The position numbers and the translations under genes are program-made. Below, piece after piece: positions 61,253-64,000 of a DNA stretch of 64,000 nucleotides. Positions within the stretch are counted from its first letter, which is position 1, and every line of letters starts with the position of its first letter. The stretch comes from Escherichia virus TH15. The stretch lies in sequence record MT446392.1, one strand, 5' to 3'. Under the pieces are notes generated by a model, which did no database searches, was not told where the DNA came from, and saw only the letters and a program-made list of their open reading frames with translations.

Positions 61253-62007
61253 TGAAACCAGAATTTATTGACTTTGATATCACAAGCATGTATGTTTGCC
61301 CAATTAAACCATTAAAACTTGAGAAACAAAATATGACTATTGAAATTAACAAAACTTATCATCTGATTGAACCTATTATTCAAAACGCAGCTATGATTTC
61401 TGGGTATGAAACTCTGACTGATGCTTTAGGTGAAGGTGAATTTGTTGTTGAAACTTTTGTAAAAAGTAACTGGTTTGATAAAGCATATATTTTGCATGCC
61501 CGTCGTCTGGATACTAATGAAGTAGAAAAAATTATGGTTTATGAAGCTGAGATTGAACTTTTCAAAGAAGTTGAAGAAACTCCTATTAAAGTTGGTAAAA
61601 CATATCAGCTTATTGAAGATGATAGTCAGTTTGGAAAGACTGTCGCACTGCATGCAGGTTGGCGTGTGCTGAAAGGTATTTTTGGATTTACTCCATTTAC
61701 CGTAAAAACAGTTAAGTACCGCACTCACTTAAGCATCTTTGAATTTACTGCAGTCAATGAATCAGGCGAGCATCTTGAAGCTATCCTTTACCCGCGTGAA
61801 TCTGTACTGCTGGAAGAAGTTAGCGAGCTGGGTGACCCTATTGACTTGCTATGTAAACCAGTTCAAATCAAACGCCCATTTAACAGTTCCATTTGTGGTT
61901 GGGTAACAGACCAGTGGATTGAAGATGGTGTTGAACTCCTGAACGTCGTCCATGCTGGTGAATTTACTGTTGTCCCGCGTTCCATGGTTGTTCAAATTTT
62001 TAATTAA
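61252..62007 (+). CDS. hypothetical protein
   Basis: 251 aa; C-terminal GWVTDQWIEDGVELLNVV shared with next gene. Confidence 0.6.
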   Translation: MKPEFIDFDITSMYVCPIKPLKLEKQNMTIEINKTYHLIEPIIQNAAMISGYETLTDALGEGEFVVETFVKSNWFDKAYILHARRLDTNEVEKIMVYEAEIELFKEVEETPIKVGKTYQLIEDDSQFGKTVALHAGWRVLKGIFGFTPFTVKTVKYRTHLSIFEFTAVNESGEHLEAILYPRESVLLEEVSELGDPIDLLCKPVQIKRPFNSSICGWVTDQWIEDGVELLNVVHAGEFTVVPRSMVVQIFN

Positions 62008-62012
62008 GTTTA

Positions 62013-62042
62013 GTGTACAAACTCTTGGGGCCAGAGTATAAT
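62013..62042 (+). promoter_or_regulatory. T4-type early promoter
   Basis: -35 GTGTACA, 17-nt spacer, -10 TATAAT. Confidence 0.6.
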
Positions 62043-62084
62043 GGTCCCACTGGAGAATAAACTTATTAACCAAGAGAGAAAATT

Positions 62085-62639
62085 ATGAAAGTTGAAGCTG
62101 GCGAAATCGCTCGTGTATCCAAAAAATCTCGTTCAAGAGCTGCTGGACGTTTTGTTGAGGTTGTCGGTATTCGTACTAATTTAGTAGGCGGAATTAAAGA
62201 AGTTAAAGTGCGCATCATTCCTAAAAATGGTCAGACTGAAACTCAATTCGCTTACGTGCATCCTAAATTCCTGGAATCAACCGAATTTACTGGGTATATC
62301 GCTCCTGTGGTTGAAGAAGTTGAATCCCATGATGGATACGTATGCGAAAGCAATGATATTCGTGGTGTGATTGCCCAAGACGTTGAAACCATTGACCAGT
62401 CTCATGTTGGGGTTGATTTTAAATGGAAATTAGGTAAAGGTGTCTTTTTTGTTTCGCCTAAGCCATTTGAATACATTTGCAAGTATGGTCCGACTTATGA
62501 AACCACTAGTATGTCTGGTTATATCACAGACCAATGGGTTGAAGATGGGGTTAAACTGTATAATATTGTGTTCCTTGGTACCTTTAAGGTAATTCCTGAA
62601 AGCTTTATCGTTGAGTATGCTGATATTCATTTTGCTTAA
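62085..62639 (+). CDS. hypothetical protein
   Basis: 184 aa; C-terminal GYITDQWVEDGVKLYNIV paralogous segment. Confidence 0.6.
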   Translation: MKVEAGEIARVSKKSRSRAAGRFVEVVGIRTNLVGGIKEVKVRIIPKNGQTETQFAYVHPKFLESTEFTGYIAPVVEEVESHDGYVCESNDIRGVIAQDVETIDQSHVGVDFKWKLGKGVFFVSPKPFEYICKYGPTYETTSMSGYITDQWVEDGVKLYNIVFLGTFKVIPESFIVEYADIHFA

Positions 62640-62689
62640 ATTATAAAATAATGATAGGGTAATTTTGCCCTATCAATGAGGAGAATATT

Positions 62690-62914
62690 ATGTTCAATGA
62701 AGATTGTGTGACCACTTCCCTGACCGCTGAAGAGTTTTGGGACACCGCTGAAAGTGATAAAGTGATTGTTAAGAAAAACATCAATGAGTTTCTTTGCACA
62801 ACTGATATCATTTATGTGTATGAAAATAAAGACGCACAGCTACCAAGCTATGCTTTGTTCCGCGAAGAGTCAGAAGATGGTACAGATTTTTGGAAGGAGA
62901 CTTATAATGTCTAA
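62690..62914 (+). CDS. hypothetical protein
   Basis: 74-aa ORF after TGAGGAGAA. Confidence 0.45.
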   Translation: MFNEDCVTTSLTAEEFWDTAESDKVIVKKNINEFLCTTDIIYVYENKDAQLPSYALFREESEDGTDFWKETYNV

Positions 62915-63266
62915 ATTTGAAACTGATAAATGGTATTATTTTAAAGACAATGCTTCTGAAAGTAGATTCCGTTTGTTATGCACGGATAATGATAATATAG
63001 CTGATGCTATAATCAATGGCGAAGGGTTTAGACCAGTCAAAATTGAAGGTGGCGATGTGTATAAAATAGAATTGTCAACCGGTGGGATGGAGAGTCTATT
63101 CATAACAGAAGAGGAATTCCATTTCTTTGAAGAAGAAAAAGATGACGGCGATGAAGAAACTGAAGCTCCAGAAATCACTGCATTCCCATTGACTAAAATC
63201 ACCATTAGTAATAATGAAGAAGCCTGGTCAGTTTTCCAGATGTTGAAAGCACACTTTAAGGAATAA
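62907..63266 (+). CDS. hypothetical acidic protein
   Basis: ATG 62907 after GGAGACTTATA. Confidence 0.5.
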   Translation: MSKFETDKWYYFKDNASESRFRLLCTDNDNIADAIINGEGFRPVKIEGGDVYKIELSTGGMESLFITEEEFHFFEEEKDDGDEETEAPEITAFPLTKITISNNEEAWSVFQMLKAHFKE

Positions 63267-63273
63267 TTTAGAG

Positions 63274-63447
63274 ATGCCACTTTATGATTACAAATGTCAA
63301 TCCAAAGACTGTGCGAAAGAATACGAAAAAATCAAGAAAATCTCTGAAAGAGATAATGATGTTTGCCCTGATTGCCATCGGCTGGCTGTTCGGCTAGTCT
63401 CGGCCCCTAAACATGTTAATGGCGGGTTTTACGACCTGCTTAAATGA
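63274..63447 (+). CDS. FmdB-like zinc-ribbon small protein (57 aa)
   Basis: MPLYDYKCQSKDC...CPDCH pattern; below track cutoff. Confidence 0.4.
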   Translation: MPLYDYKCQSKDCAKEYEKIKKISERDNDVCPDCHRLAVRLVSAPKHVNGGFYDLLK

Positions 63448-63453
63448 GGAAAT

Positions 63454-63714
63454 ATGAAATATATTAATCGTTCTATCGCCGGGCTGGTTTTGGCTGTTTC
63501 ATTGGCTGGTTGTACTGACGCAGATAATGCCGTTCGTGTATTAGATGCAAACGGCTATGAGCAAATCCAAATCACCGGATATAACTGGTTTGGATGCTCT
63601 AAAGATGATTTCCAGCATACTGGTTTTACAGCAGTGGGTCCAACTGGTAAGAAAGTTGAAGGAACTGTTTGTTCTGGATTGTTGCTCAAGAACAGTACCA
63701 TCCGATTTGAATAA
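63454..63714 (+). CDS. putative lipoprotein
   Basis: Signal peptide with lipobox LAGC. Confidence 0.55.
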   Translation: MKYINRSIAGLVLAVSLAGCTDADNAVRVLDANGYEQIQITGYNWFGCSKDDFQHTGFTAVGPTGKKVEGTVCSGLLLKNSTIRFE

Positions 63715-63720
63715 GGCCTT

Positions 63721-63747
63721 ATTGCTTTAAAATATGTGACTTATAAT
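63721..63747 (+). promoter_or_regulatory. T4 middle-type promoter (MotA box)
   Basis: ATTGCTTTA, 12-nt spacer, -10 TATAAT. Confidence 0.45.
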
Positions 63748-63753
63748 ACCTCC

Positions 63754-64000
63754 ATGAACTTAAAACAATTTATTGAAGAAAATCTTTTAACTAAAAATCC
63801 GAATAGACTAAACGGAAATTTATTTAAAAATGATTTAGAATTTGCAAAGAAATTTTGGGAAAAACATCCCGAGGAAGCAAATGCCTTTAGAGCAGAAGCA
63901 CTGGAATGTCAGGGAGGTAAAAGAGAACAACATCCGTATAACGAGGTCTGTTATCGTATTTTACATGATATAAAAGGGAAAGTCCTGTGTAAGTGTGGCA
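63754..64000 (+). CDS. hypothetical protein, 3'-truncated by window end
   Basis: Frame open to window end; ATG only 6 nt after the -10, so start uncertain. Confidence 0.35.
   Translation, partial: MNLKQFIEENLLTKNPNRLNGNLFKNDLEFAKKFWEKHPEEANAFRAEALECQGGKREQHPYNEVCYRILHDIKGKVLCKCG

Overview
This window is a co-linear early/middle-gene block of a T4-like (Tevenvirinae) phage genome, read almost entirely on the + strand. By homology to T4 proteins (recalled, not searched) it runs: tRNA cluster, a long hyperplastic stretch of small ORFs, nudE, e (lysozyme), denV, two internal-protein-like genes, regB, tk, rI, nrdC, 55, 47, 46, rpbA-like, 45, 44, 62, regA, 43, imm-like, uvsX, 40, 41, 61, 56, soc, two ADP-ribosyltransferase-like genes, srd-like, dda, dexA. 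Gene 43 (DNA polymerase) is split into two ORFs by a free-standing GIY-YIG endonuclease gene, and four more homing-endonuclease-like genes are present, one on the minus strand. About 35 promoter-like elements (T4 early, MotA-box middle, TATAAATA late) and UUCG-type hairpin terminators are annotated; several early promoters have their -35 inside a GC hairpin. The hyperplastic regions hold small-gene families defined by shared C-terminal tails, a macro-domain-like protein, two nucleotidyltransferase-fold proteins, a signal-peptide lytic transglycosylase and an antisense pair of small membrane proteins; these are the best candidates for undescribed function, but none was identified with certainty. 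The ORF track uses GTG/TTG as well as ATG, so many starts were moved to the first ATG with a Shine-Dalgarno. All coordinates were counted by hand and regulatory elements may be off by 1-2 nt.
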